Below, one piece after another: positions 36,564-47,889 of a stretch of DNA of 64,000 nt (positions are counted from its first letter, which is position 1; the number at the start of each line of letters is the position of its first letter). Made by a program: the position numbers and the translations under genes. The notes under the pieces are model-generated. The model ran no database searches. It saw only the letters and a list, made by a program, of their open reading frames with translations, and was not told the DNA's origin. Location of the stretch: NCBI RefSeq assembly GCF_018350175.1, contig NC_058368.1, forward strand, positions 50,035,815 to 50,099,814. Reading direction: 5' to 3'. This DNA is from Felis catus. Taxonomy: Eukaryota.

Positions 36564-37350
36564 TAAAGAATAGAGATTTCATTGTAAAGAAAATGTAAGG
36601 AACAATTTGTTGATATTACTGGATTAAATCTGCTAGCAACAATAAATAGTAGTGAGTAGATGGTACCTGAGTTAATTTCAACTCCCTCTCCCTGTTATTT
36701 ATAATTTTATGTATACTTTGTAACAGAAGTATGTTCAAACGTATTTGTATCCTATATTTCCTTTCAGTTATAAAATGTTTTGTAAGCCAAAATAAGCGAG
36801 GTCCATGACTGTAAAGTAAGTACTTTCATGAAATAATACTTAAATAAGCTTATTAGGAAATTGGGCTTTATTTTTGCAGATCTACACACTTTCCCTCCCC
36901 CATCCTACTGCCAGCATTTTCTTGTTGTTCCCCAAAATAACTAAACACTCTCTTTTGGAAGATATTCTCTCTTCTGTGGTCTTAGAAGCCTGAACCAGCA
37001 GCAAGACAAATCCGAAGACATCTTTGTTGTTAGGGGCAAACTCTGAAGTGGTGGGTGAGCTTTCTGAGAAAGAGCTCTGTATCTAAATGTTACCCCGCCA
37101 GTCATTGCTGGAATGCTATTCTTTAAACAGACAAAGAATGAGTTATTAGCTTGGTTGAAGAAGGTGGTCAATGAGAAGTGATACTTGTAACATAAAAAAT
37201 TGAAGAACATTTTATAAATTGGCTTCCCTGTTCCTAAATGTCTCCTCTTGTACAACACACACAGACACAAATGGGTGTCATTTACATAGTGCTTCCTAGA
37301 AGAAGCAAAGTAATAATTAAAATATTATTGAGCCACCCAGGCACAAGGGA

Positions 37351-37572
37351 GTGGTGCCTGGGTGGCTCAGTCAGTTAAGTATCTGACTCTTGATTTTAGC
37401 TCAGGTCATGATCTCGTGGTTCGGTAGTTCGAACCCCTCGTTGGGCTCTGTGCTGACAGTGCAGAGCCTGCTTGAAATTCTCTCTCTCCCTTTTTCTCTG
37501 CCCCTCCCCTGGTTAGTGACACATGTGCTCTCTTTCTCTCTCTCTCAAAATATACAAATAAACTTGAAAAAA
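37351..37572 (+). mobile_element. Can-SINE preceded by an inverted 16-bp copy of its head
   Basis: Head, CT tract, A tail. Confidence 0.9.
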
Positions 37573-38605
37573 TGCATGGGAAAATTTACAGCATTTCCCT
37601 AAAACTGCACACATTTGGGAAAGACTGCATATACAAAATCAGGTCACTAATATATATGCACTGTTAGATGTAGTCACATTCCTGTTGAAAGTATCTTTAG
37701 CGTCCCACTGGAGCATAGTAAATGATCAGTAAGTGGTGGAATGGATGAATAAAATTATGTTGTCAAGTACAGCATATTAATTTTTAAGTATGTGCCTTTC
37801 TCCAGACTGAATATTTGACTGACTTGATGAAATGGTGGCTGTTGCTACTCATTAATTTTTATGATTGTTAATGTAATTACAGTTGTCAAAAAAAAAAAAA
37901 AAGATTTTTCAGATCTTGCCTTTTTTCTATCTGAATTACACACAAAGAAACCAAACCTTCCAAGCTGGCTTCTTTGCATTCGGATGAATACCTTCTAAGT
38001 GTTTTTGACTGGAGGGGGAAATGAGCCTGGAAGAAATGTAGCAGGTAATGTAACACCCAGGTGGGGGAGTAAGAATTTGTTAGGTGTTGATTCTCTTTTC
38101 AGTTCTGTGAATGTTCTTCTCTTTGTATCAATCCACACCTGAAGATTAGCTTTGTTCTGCTCTGGATAAAACATTCCTTATTTAATGCATTCCACAGCAG
38201 CTACCAATTGAATGTGAAACTCAAACCTTGTGTCACTAGCTAACAAAGATGAGAAGGCATTGCATTATTAAAGCTTTTAGCCACTTAGAGGGGTGCTGGG
38301 TAAAGAAGCTGAGGACAACCCCCTGCCATTGTTTTTCAAAGAAAAACTACTCTCCAAGGGTAGTGCTTTTCTATAGCAAGGTGGTAGTTCTTTGAAGGCT
38401 GCATACAAATTTTTCTTAAAAAGCTTTTCACCTATTAGTGTTTAAAATTGTAGTGTGGACTTCTACTTTAGGTCTGTAATTGAAGCTTTTAATATAAAAG
38501 TGGTGAAGTTTTGCTTTTGGATCAAATTCTGGTAGTACAACTTTTATTTTTAGGTCTGAGAGAAGAACAACTTATCTTTCTTTTTTAGAAAAAACTGTAA
38601 GACCA

Positions 38606-38805
38606 GGGCGCCTGGATGGCTCAGTTGGTTAAGCGGCCAACTTTGGCTGAGGTCATGATCTCGTGGTCCATGGGTTCAAGCCCCCTGTCAATCTCTGTGT
38701 TAACAGCGCAGAGCCTGGAGCCCCCTTCGGACTGTGTCTCCCTCTCTCTCTGCTCCTCCCCTGCTCATGCTCTCTCTCTCAAAAATAAATAAACATTTAA
38801 AAAAA
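38606..38805 (+). mobile_element. Can-SINE
   Basis: Head, CT tract, A tail. Confidence 0.95.
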
Positions 38806-39689
38806 TTGAGAAAAAGCTTTTAAGACCTAATTTATGGTATAGAATGAGCCCAAGTATTTTTTTTTTCCTGGATTTGTTTTTCAAGATTTTGCTGAATTCA
38901 GAAGAGACATAGCTAAGAATATATATACACCACACAACAAGAAAGATGCACAATTAGAGTGACAGCATGGCCACTGGTGGGAGATAGAGACCATGGAAGG
39001 TCCTCTCTACAAAAATCTACTCTAATACCTTTGACTAATTAGAGATGCATTTGCTTAAAGATTTTTTTAAAATTGGAATTATCCTCTGGGAAATTTAACC
39101 ATTATCATTTAATTCTTGCCAGTATGTATAATCGTATTTTCAGTATACTGGGGGTTATGTTTTATATTGATGTTTATAAGCCACTTTATGTTTTGATATT
39201 CATTCAAAAATATTTGAGTACCTACTATGAGTCATAGAACTTTCTATGTGTTTGGGATGTAATAGTGAATAAACCAGACAAACATACAGAGTAATAAGTG
39301 TTAAGTTTAATAAGTGTTAAGTCAGCCAGGCTTATTGAATTTGCTGAAAAATTTTTGGTAGAAATTAGCCAGATTTCTTTTATGTCCTAATAAAAGGCTA
39401 TGCATTTATTCTTGGAACCTTATTTTTTGAGGATGTTGTCTAATGTTGTTCCACAGAGCAGAGCTCTCAATGATGACTTTTTGGGAGATGGGGTGGGGAT
39501 GGGATTTAGAGAGTATATAGCTTTTCAGTGATGCTCAGAATCTTCTCCCACTTTATTAGACCAGCTGTACTCCTGTGAGTTTACACAGGGGAATTTAGCA
39601 TGGTATTTCTCTAAAAAAAAAAATATTCTACTTTAGGTTATAAATGGAGTAGATGAGTGTTAGAAAATGGAGATATTTTCTCCATTAAA

Positions 39690-39906
39690 TTTTTTTTTAA
39701 TGTTTATTTATTTTTGAGAGAGAAAGAGAGAGAGAAAGTGTGAGCAGGGGAGGGGCAGAGAGAGAGGGTGACACAGAACCCCGAAACAGGCTCCAGGCTC
39801 CAAGCTGTCAGCACAGAGCCTGACGTGGGGCTGGAACTCACAAACCCTAAGATCATGACCTGAGCTGAAGTCAGACGCTTAACTGACTGAGCCACCCGGG
39901 TGACCC
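39690..39906 (-). mobile_element. Can-SINE
   Basis: Full antisense copy. Confidence 0.95.
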
Positions 39907-40364
39907 TTATCTTTTCCATTTGAAGCTTGCCTTAAACACAGAGAAATTGTTGGTTTGGATGTTCTTTGGTCATGTGGTCCATGTTTGGACCAAAGGTCCA
40001 ACCTTTGTGGTCATGTTCCATGTTCACCTGTCAATTTCATTTCCTTATTGTCTTTCCAGCTTGGTAAAACCATTCAGGAACACTAAGCAGGTGATTTTCT
40101 GAAATCCATAACTCTCTTAGAATTTAAAGTTTGGGAAAGACTCTGTACAGCATTTTGTATTTGATTATGTTTATTATGCCCACACCCTCCAGTGAGAAAG
40201 CCCTGTTCCCTCTATTTACAGTTGTTTCTGCCTTTGTAACATCCTGGGTCACATGCAGAACAGCTGGAGTTGCTGAACTTTGGAAACTAATAAGGCTTAT
40301 TCAGAGGAAGAAATGATGGAAGGGTATTTGTATCAGCCTTTGCCTTGATACTACTGTGGAACAA

Positions 40365-40535
40365 GCTCAAAGTGTAGTCTTTGGATCACCTGCGTCAAAG
40401 TAATCTAGGATGTTTGTTAATGCTGCAGATTCCCAGCTCCCACCCCCCAACTCAGGCATGGAGGCAGAGGTGGAAATCTGTAATATTAGTAAACAGTCCT
40501 GTGATCCCTAATTCTCCGTACAAGAATCATTGTAT
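40365..40535. mobile_element. MER5-like hAT fragment
   Basis: ctcaaagtgtagtc...ggatgtttgttaatgctgcagattccc...aaatctgta...gtgatccctaa. Confidence 0.55.
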
Positions 40536-40624
40536 TTTAGCTTGGATAATGGCAACATTTCTGACAACTGATTTTGCATTGTTGTCTTTTTTTAAATTGA
40601 GGTATGATTGACAATGAAATCCTG

Positions 40625-40865
40625 TTTTTAATTTATTTTTTAAATGTTTTTTATTAAAAAAATTTTTTATGTTTATTTTTGGGAGAGACAGAGACAGTGT
40701 GTGAGCAAGGGAGGGGCAGAGAGAGAGGAAGACACAGAATCCGAAGCAGGCTCCAGGCTCTGAGCTGTCAGCACAGAGCCTGATGCGGGGCTGGAATGCA
40801 TGGTCTGTGAGATCATGTCCTGAGCCGAGGTCAGACGCTTAACCGACTGAGTCACCCAGGACCCC
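40625..40865 (-). mobile_element. Can-SINE
   Basis: Full antisense copy. Confidence 0.95.
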
Positions 40866-41579
40866 GAAATTCATCCTTTCTAATATACTGATTTCTGAGA
40901 AATGCACACAGTGGCATGAGTGCCACCTCAGTCACGATTTAGCATTTCATCCCCCACCCCCCACCAAATTTTGTTGTGTACCATTTGTAGTCCCTTTGCT
41001 CCTCATCCCCTGTCCCTGGCAACTGCTGATGGGTTTTCCGTCTTTGCTGGTTATTATGGTTTTGTCATTTCAGTAATGTCCTATAAGTGGAATTATCCTA
41101 TTTGTAGCCTTTTGAGTCCAGCTGTTTTCTACTTAGCATAATGCATTCAAGACTTATCAGTATTGTTGGCTGTATCAGTACTTAAGTCCTTTTTATAGTT
41201 GAGTAGCTTCCCTGGAATGTGGATATACCATGGTTTATTGATTTTCATTTGAAGGACATTTGGGTTCTTTCTAGTTTGGGGCAGTTATCAAGTCACTGTG
41301 AATATTCATGACAGGCTTTTTATTTCACTTGAGTAAGTGCTGAGAACGGGATTGATGGGTCTTATAAGTGTGTTTAACTTTATCAAAAATTAACGCTGTT
41401 TTCCACCTTGGCTGTACCATTTTGCACTTCCACCAGCAGTGTGAGAGAGTTCCAGTTCTTTGACACACTTGTCAATGCTTGTTAATGGGAGTTCTTAAAA
41501 TTTTAGCCATTTTACAATATAGTAGTAGTATGTTTGTAGGCATGCATCATATACTGGTTTTAATCTGCATTTTCCTAAT

Positions 41580-42020
41580 GCCTTGAGCACCCAGCATCTT
41601 CTGCTGGGCACTTCTGCTGGGCTCCCCTCTCCCCCAGGAATTTGTGGATGTCGGGACCAATGACACACAGCCATCAGTGGATGTGAAATCAAATTTATCA
41701 CTCATATAGTGAATAGCAAGAAGACTTACTAAGGAGAAGAGCTTAAGTTTTGTCAGGAGCTAAACATGGTAAAGAAGAGTTTGGTAGATTGGGACTTTTA
41801 CTGTAGTTGAGGGATGGAGCCTGGATGAACCCCCCCTTTTTTTCAGCCAGGCTTGTATTTTCTCAGCAGGTTTGAAAATTCCATTGGTCCCAGTGGACAG
41901 ATCGTGCATATGGGTTTTCTTATCAGGTTTTCCAGATGTGGGGTGAAGGGAAAGAGGAGGGCTGAGGGCTTGAAAGCTGTAGAAACCAAACATCAAAACT
42001 TTAGTTTTTCTCTTTACTAT
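41580..42020. mobile_element. Putative solo LTR inside the L1
   Basis: ~440-bp non-L1 block interrupting cattttcctaatg / actgatattgagc of the L1. Confidence 0.45.
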
Positions 42021-42331
42021 CTACTGATATTGAGCTCGTCTTTGCTTGTTATCATCCATACATCTTCTCTGATGAAGTGTTGAGATTATTTGCCCATCTG
42101 TTAAATTGGATTGTTTTCTAGAGTTTGTATATTCTAGAAAGAAGTCCTTTATCAGTTATGTTTTGCAAAAAATTTCTCAGTGGCATGAGTTTGGTTTTTT
42201 TTTTTAACTCTCTTAACAGTGTCTTTCAAAGAGTAGAAGTTGTGTCCCAGCACTAATTGTCATTTAAGGCAGTCATATGAGTCTGTTTTTCTTAACAGAT
42301 TCCTGTTCAGCTATTCTTCTCCAGTACTTTT

Positions 42332-42551
42332 TTTGTCTGTTTTGTTTTTAATGTTTATTTATTTTTGAGAGAGACAGAGACAGAATGCGAGTGGGGTGGG
42401 GCAGAGAGAGGGGGAGGCACAGAATCTGAAGCAGGCTCCAGGCTCTGAGCTGTCAGCACAGAGCCTGACGCGGGGCTCAAACTCACAAGCTGTGAGATCG
42501 TGACCTGAGCTGAAGTCCGACGCTCAACCGACGGAGCCACCCAGGCGCCCC
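42332..42551 (-). mobile_element. Can-SINE
   Basis: TSD tcttctccagtactttt. Confidence 0.95.
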
Positions 42552-44059
42552 TCTTCTCCAGTACTTTTAAACCCATGAGCAAGATCTTAAATTTATCCAG
42601 TGGCCGCATGCAGTAGTGGAAAAGAGTATTTTTCGTGTATCCAAACTTTTGAAATTCTTGGCCATTTTTTTTTTTCCTTAAAAAAAATTTTACCATGGAA
42701 GGCAGAAAGTCTTGTGGGTAGGGCATGAGATTAGCTAATCTTCTTATGAAAATGTGGTTCAATATGAGAGGAAAAGAGAGGATTAGACACTCTCACATAG
42801 CCATGGGCGGCAGAGCCTGAAGGGGACAACAGGTGTGTCTAAGCCAAAGCTTGCGCTCATTGCCACATACTGTCTGTTTTCCAGTAACCATTTTACTTCA
42901 TCTCTTTCAGTGAAGAGACTTAGTTTTCTCTTCTTGCGTATAGTGATTTACAGTTTACAGAGAGCTTTGGATGTCAGCTATTAGGAAATCTTAGAGGCCT
43001 CTTCAAGGCTTCATCTTCAAGGACATTGGGCTTTATTGGATTAGCTCTGGTAAATTCCACTTCAGCTATTTTTAAATTATTGTGTAAGAGCAATAGTGGA
43101 AATTGTAAGCATGTTTTCCATAACTTCGCAGTCCTTTATCCTACAGGTAATTTCCCCAGAATTTGTTAGATAACGGGAAAAGGTTTTGCCTCTGAGTATC
43201 ATTTGGTTTCGATTTTCCGTGGAATTTGCCTTTATTTCATTTTGCATAGACTTGGTAAACATCCTGTAAAAGGCAGATGTGAACTCGATGCAACCTGGGT
43301 TTGCAGTTTCTGTGAACCCTGCTGGCCACTGGGAACGAGGCCACCACACCACATATTTGAGCGTCTTTCCACTGTATAGCTAGAGTTGACTCCTGTTTGT
43401 ACAAAGTGGAAGGAAACTAAAGCCTCATCCCACACTATTGTCTTCCAACAGAATGCCAAAGAAAGAGACCAATTAAAAGATGAAAGCCAGGCAGTGTATT
43501 TTAATCTTCTCATCTGCCTGTCCTGGGTGGCCTCCAGGCCCTGTCAAGGAGAGGAAGCAGAAGAGCCTGTGGAATATTTACTTTGATTTATCTTATGGAA
43601 ACTAACTCAGTACTCAGCTGTTCATGGTTTGTGCCAAATGGCTCATGAAGAACACGTTGAAATAAAAGCCGTGCTTTCAGGCTTCCTTTGACTCTCCACA
43701 GAAGGGGATCCCTCCCCTCCGTGCCCACTCTGTTTTATGTCCCTCAGTTCGCATACATGCACCTCTGTCCCGCCAAGCTGTCTCCCTCCACGTGTGGAGA
43801 TTTTTCTGTCACTCCCCAGAAGGAATTCCTGGGTGTTCCAAGTGTTCTGTCCTCAATACAGCTGTGTTTGAGGGACAAGAGAAATCCTGGTTCCCCTACG
43901 TCTCCTCCATCTTAACCCCCACCCCCCCTCAGGCTTACCTTTGAATGTATAGCTCTGTGGAGGCCTGTGGTGGTGGCTGACTGATGCAAACATTGAAGAA
44001 TGAGAAAAGATAGAGGAAGTTTTTTACAGCTTAGATGTAGAGGAAGTATATGTGAGCCA

Positions 44060-44474
44060 TGTCAAATGACAAAACATAATACAATTTAGTAATGAGTTTA
44101 TCATTTTTTCAAGGGAAAACAATCCATGGGTTGGGGGAATACAGTGCCTAACAAGACTAACAAGAAGGGGAGCATCGTTCCTGAGGGATTTGGACTAAGA
44201 GTGAGTTTTATAGAGAATTAGAAGCAACAACATGGAAACAGGGCGTGATTGGCTTGGAGGTCAAGGATTTCCTGGTAAGGCTAGCAGGTCTTATTTTCTA
44301 GGGTAAAGTGAGGTGACTAAAGCTGAGTCGGTGGATTGTGAGTAGTGTATGTTAGGTTTCCTCGATCAGTGTTTCCTGAAAGTGCAGGTTTTCCTAGGCT
44401 TACATTTGTGACATGGGCAGAACACTGGGGTGGCTTCCATTCTGTGGGTCATGATATGGCCGTTAACTTTATCA
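44060..44474. mobile_element. Solo LTR (ERV1-like)
   Basis: TG...CA termini (tgtcaaa / tttatca), 415 bp, flanked by 4-bp TSD gcca at 44056-44059 and 44475-44478. Confidence 0.7.
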
Positions 44475-45079
44475 GCCATAATTATGTGTATGAAATAATG
44501 GGTGAAAAATAACAAGAAATTGGAGACTCAGTTCTGTCAATGAGGAAATGAGGAAGGGAAAATGAGGCTTCATCAAACCCTCCCCTCACCCCCCAGGGAT
44601 AAAATACATTGAAGTTGGCTTTGTGTGAGGGGTTTTAGATATGACAGACTAATAGAATGTGTACAGAAGGATCTAGGCAAAATTTGTGCAAACAATATCA
44701 AAAACAAATCCTTACTGAGAAAGAACTGGAAGAACATTTAGGAGAAGGCAGTACATGTGCAATTAGTTATCCTGTGGGGGGAATGAGGGACATACTACAG
44801 GTTCTGCCAGCATGAAGGGTATTGTTCCCATTCTGGATTTATTATTAGTGACTCTTTATAGGATATGTTTATATAAAGTGACCGTTGGTTTTATGGGAGG
44901 GCTAATACTTGGCTGTGTTAGGATCTGTTTTGTCAGAAATATTAGGTCACATTGTTATTATCAGTCTTAAGTGACTGGAATAAAGCATGGGTAAGTTTTG
45001 AAGGAAAAGGACTTGGGAAAGTTCCAGAACAGTTTCAGTAATTTGGGTGAAAGCCCTTATGGGGGATAGTGCTTCTGAG

Positions 45080-45093
45080 CCACCAGAGGGCAG
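45080..45093 (+). promoter_or_regulatory. CTCF-binding motif
   Basis: CCACCAGAGGGCAG matches the core CCASYAGRKGGCRS at all positions; binding untested. Confidence 0.55.
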
Positions 45094-45677
45094 TATTCAT
45101 TCAACAAATACTTGTTAAACTCCATGTTTCAGAGTACCACAGAGAATTGTGGGAAAGGAGCATGGCCTCTGGAGTGAACACAGCTTTGTTCTGATTTTAT
45201 GTGCTTTCCCCCTTTTCTCTCCCTAACTCCAACAAAATGGCCTTTTTTCCCCCTGGAACTTTTTCTTTCTCCCCAAGCAGAGTTATTCTACATCTTTTAG
45301 TGCATAGGTCTATGTGGCACTTACGTTTTATTTTATTTTTCTTTAATTGAAATATATGTGAAGGAATGTAAAATGTAATTGCTATTCCTATTTATTTTAC
45401 CGTATGACTGAAATATTAACCCCACTGCCTCCCAGTTAAAGATTTAATGGTTACTTTTATAACATTAAAATAATTATGTCATCTGCAAAGACATTATCAA
45501 TTGAGACCCTCTTGGCACTTACGACTGATTCATCAAAACAAACACTAATTTTAAAATTCCAGGATAGCATTGTTAAGCTGAAATAAAGTATAGGAGGCTC
45601 ATGGGCTATGCTCTGCCAAATGGATGAAAACTGAAATGGATTTTATACTGTAGGTCTATATAAGTGTTAAAAATCAT

Positions 45678-45897
45678 GGGGCGCCTGGGTGGCTCAGTTG
45701 GTTAAGCGGCCACCTTTGGCTCAGGTCACGATCTCAGGGTCCGTGAATTCGAGCCCCGCGTCAGGCTCTGTGCTGACGGCTCAGAGCCTGGAGCCTGTTT
45801 CAGATTCTGTGTCTCCCTCTCTCTGACCCTCCCCCGTTCATGCTTTGTCTCTCACTGTCTCAAAAATAAATAAATGTTAAAAAAATTAAAAAAAAAA
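45678..45897 (+). mobile_element. Can-SINE (CpG-rich)
   Basis: ggggcgcctgggtggctcag head, A tail. Confidence 0.95.
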
Positions 45898-46190
45898 TCC
45901 TAGTGTATGCTTATATTTCTTGACAAATAATAGCACTATTTCATTCATTTCACTAGGATAAACTCCTTAGAAAAAGACTGAAAAGTTTCCATAGTTAGCT
46001 CCCAGTTTTTATGCTTGCTTTTTGCTACTTCTGTCAATTTCATGACACACTAAATATAAGCAAGAAGATCTTTTCAGTAAATTGAGCACTTGGAGCTCCC
46101 AGCTAGATTGAAAAGTCCCAAATCCCATTTTGCTTTGGTTTCCTATCTATTCTTTGCTTCAAATCTCCATACGCATTTATTCTTTTCTTA

Positions 46191-46301
<111 letters not shown>

Positions 46302-47307
46302 CTAGGTCTTCTCCTTGTTCTACTTGTCCACAGCCTGGTCTATGCTCTCGAAGGCCTGACTTACCAATTCTTTTTTTTTCTTCAAACCTATCACTGACTC
46401 CAAAAATTTGAATACACTTCTTCCCCTGGCTTAAAGATTGCCCTTCATTCTTCAACTTGTATTTTCTCCCCTCCCCTGAGTCTTGAGGTTGGGGTTTTAT
46501 GCTTGGAATGTTTTTTTGCAATTCTTGAAATTGATTCCACATATTTAAGGAAATTCCAGAAGGGCATGCTTCATATGCATTTACATTTTCTTCTGTTTTG
46601 GTTTTTGCTCCGTCTATAAAGAAATCTGAGATTTGGTTTTCTAATTACCCAACCTTTCTCTTCCTGTGAGTTCAGGCTTCATCTTTAGAGTTCAAGGCAA
46701 CATCATTTCACTTAGGCCAAGAGGAAGTAGTCCACGCCACATCTTCTCTTAAAGTTCAAATCTTGAAGAAGACAGCTCTAGAAAGGTATACTTTCTCTGC
46801 CTGGTGGCTTTACTACACCTAGAAGTCTATAACTCCAGGGGCAGATTTTCACTTCGGTCCCAGGCACAGGACAAAATGCTCAGGTCCCAGATGTGATTTC
46901 TAGCCTGTTGACACTTCCTTGAACTGTAGGTGTTTTCCAGAATAGAATGATTGTAAACATGGTCCATTTTCACAGTGGGGAGCATCCTTACTCTTCTCAC
47001 TTTGGTTGGGTTGGGATCGAGCAACCCTTTCCCACCAAAGTCCTGGGAAGGTGCTGAGTTACCCTTTCTGTGGGAAGTGTGGGCCTGGCTGGGGTCTTCC
47101 ATGGCCCACTCTGCCTATGCTGGGCCTCTTGGCAGGCCCTCTGGAACTGTCACCAGGAGCCAATGCCTGTATTTTATTGTTTATTTTGTCCTGTATTTGA
47201 AATATACTCAGCGCATGCTGTCTTTCCTGTACATTTGTATCTGTCCCAGCATTTTGGCACTAATGTATTTGAATGAATAAATGAAATCCTTGGTCATTTG
47301 TCAATAA

Positions 47308-47519
47308 CAAAAGTTGGCAAACTTTTTCTGTAATGAGCCGAACAGTAAATATTTTAGGCTTTATGGACCATACTTTTCTGTTAGGACTACTCAGTTTTCT
47401 CTGCCCATTGTAGTGAGAAATCTCATTGCTACTGATTGGAATCTGTGTTCCAGTAAAACTTTACAAATACAGATGGTGGGTCTCAGTTTGGCCACGAGGC
47501 TCTAGTTTGCCTATCCCCG
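47308..47519 (-). mobile_element. MER58A (hAT-Charlie)
   Basis: ggcaaactttttctgtaa...agtaaatattttaggcttt...ctgtgttccagtaaaacttt...tagtttgcc. Confidence 0.85.
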
Positions 47520-47668
47520 GTTTAAGATGTACTTTTCCAAAAAATTCGGTTTGCAAATTATTTTATCTCCTATATTGCTTTAACATAGGACTAAGAAAAT
47601 GCACAGAGTGATTTGGTGAATGGATGGCTAAACAATTATTTTCTAATGACTGAATAATAATTAAAATA

Positions 47669-47889
47669 TTTTATTTCTTTTAAAAATTGTTTTTAATGTT
47701 TATTTATTTTAGAGACAGCGAGTGAGAGTGGGGGTGGGGCAGAGAGAGAGGGAGACACAGAATCTGAAGCAGGCTCCAGACTCTGAGCTGTCAGAACAGA
47801 GCATGACACAGGGCTTGAACTCACGAACCGTGAGATCATGACCTGAGCCGAAGTCTGACGCTTAACTGACTGAGCCACCTAGGTGCCCC
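47669..47889 (-). mobile_element. Can-SINE
   Basis: Full antisense copy. Confidence 0.95.

Larger units (their letters stand above)
40587..42240 (-). mobile_element. L1 (MB-like) 3' region interrupted by a SINE and an insert
   Basis: aattgaggtatgattgac..., ttacttagcataatg, ggatataccat, ccattttgcacttccaccagcagtgtgagagagttccagtt, gaagtcctttatcag. Confidence 0.8.
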
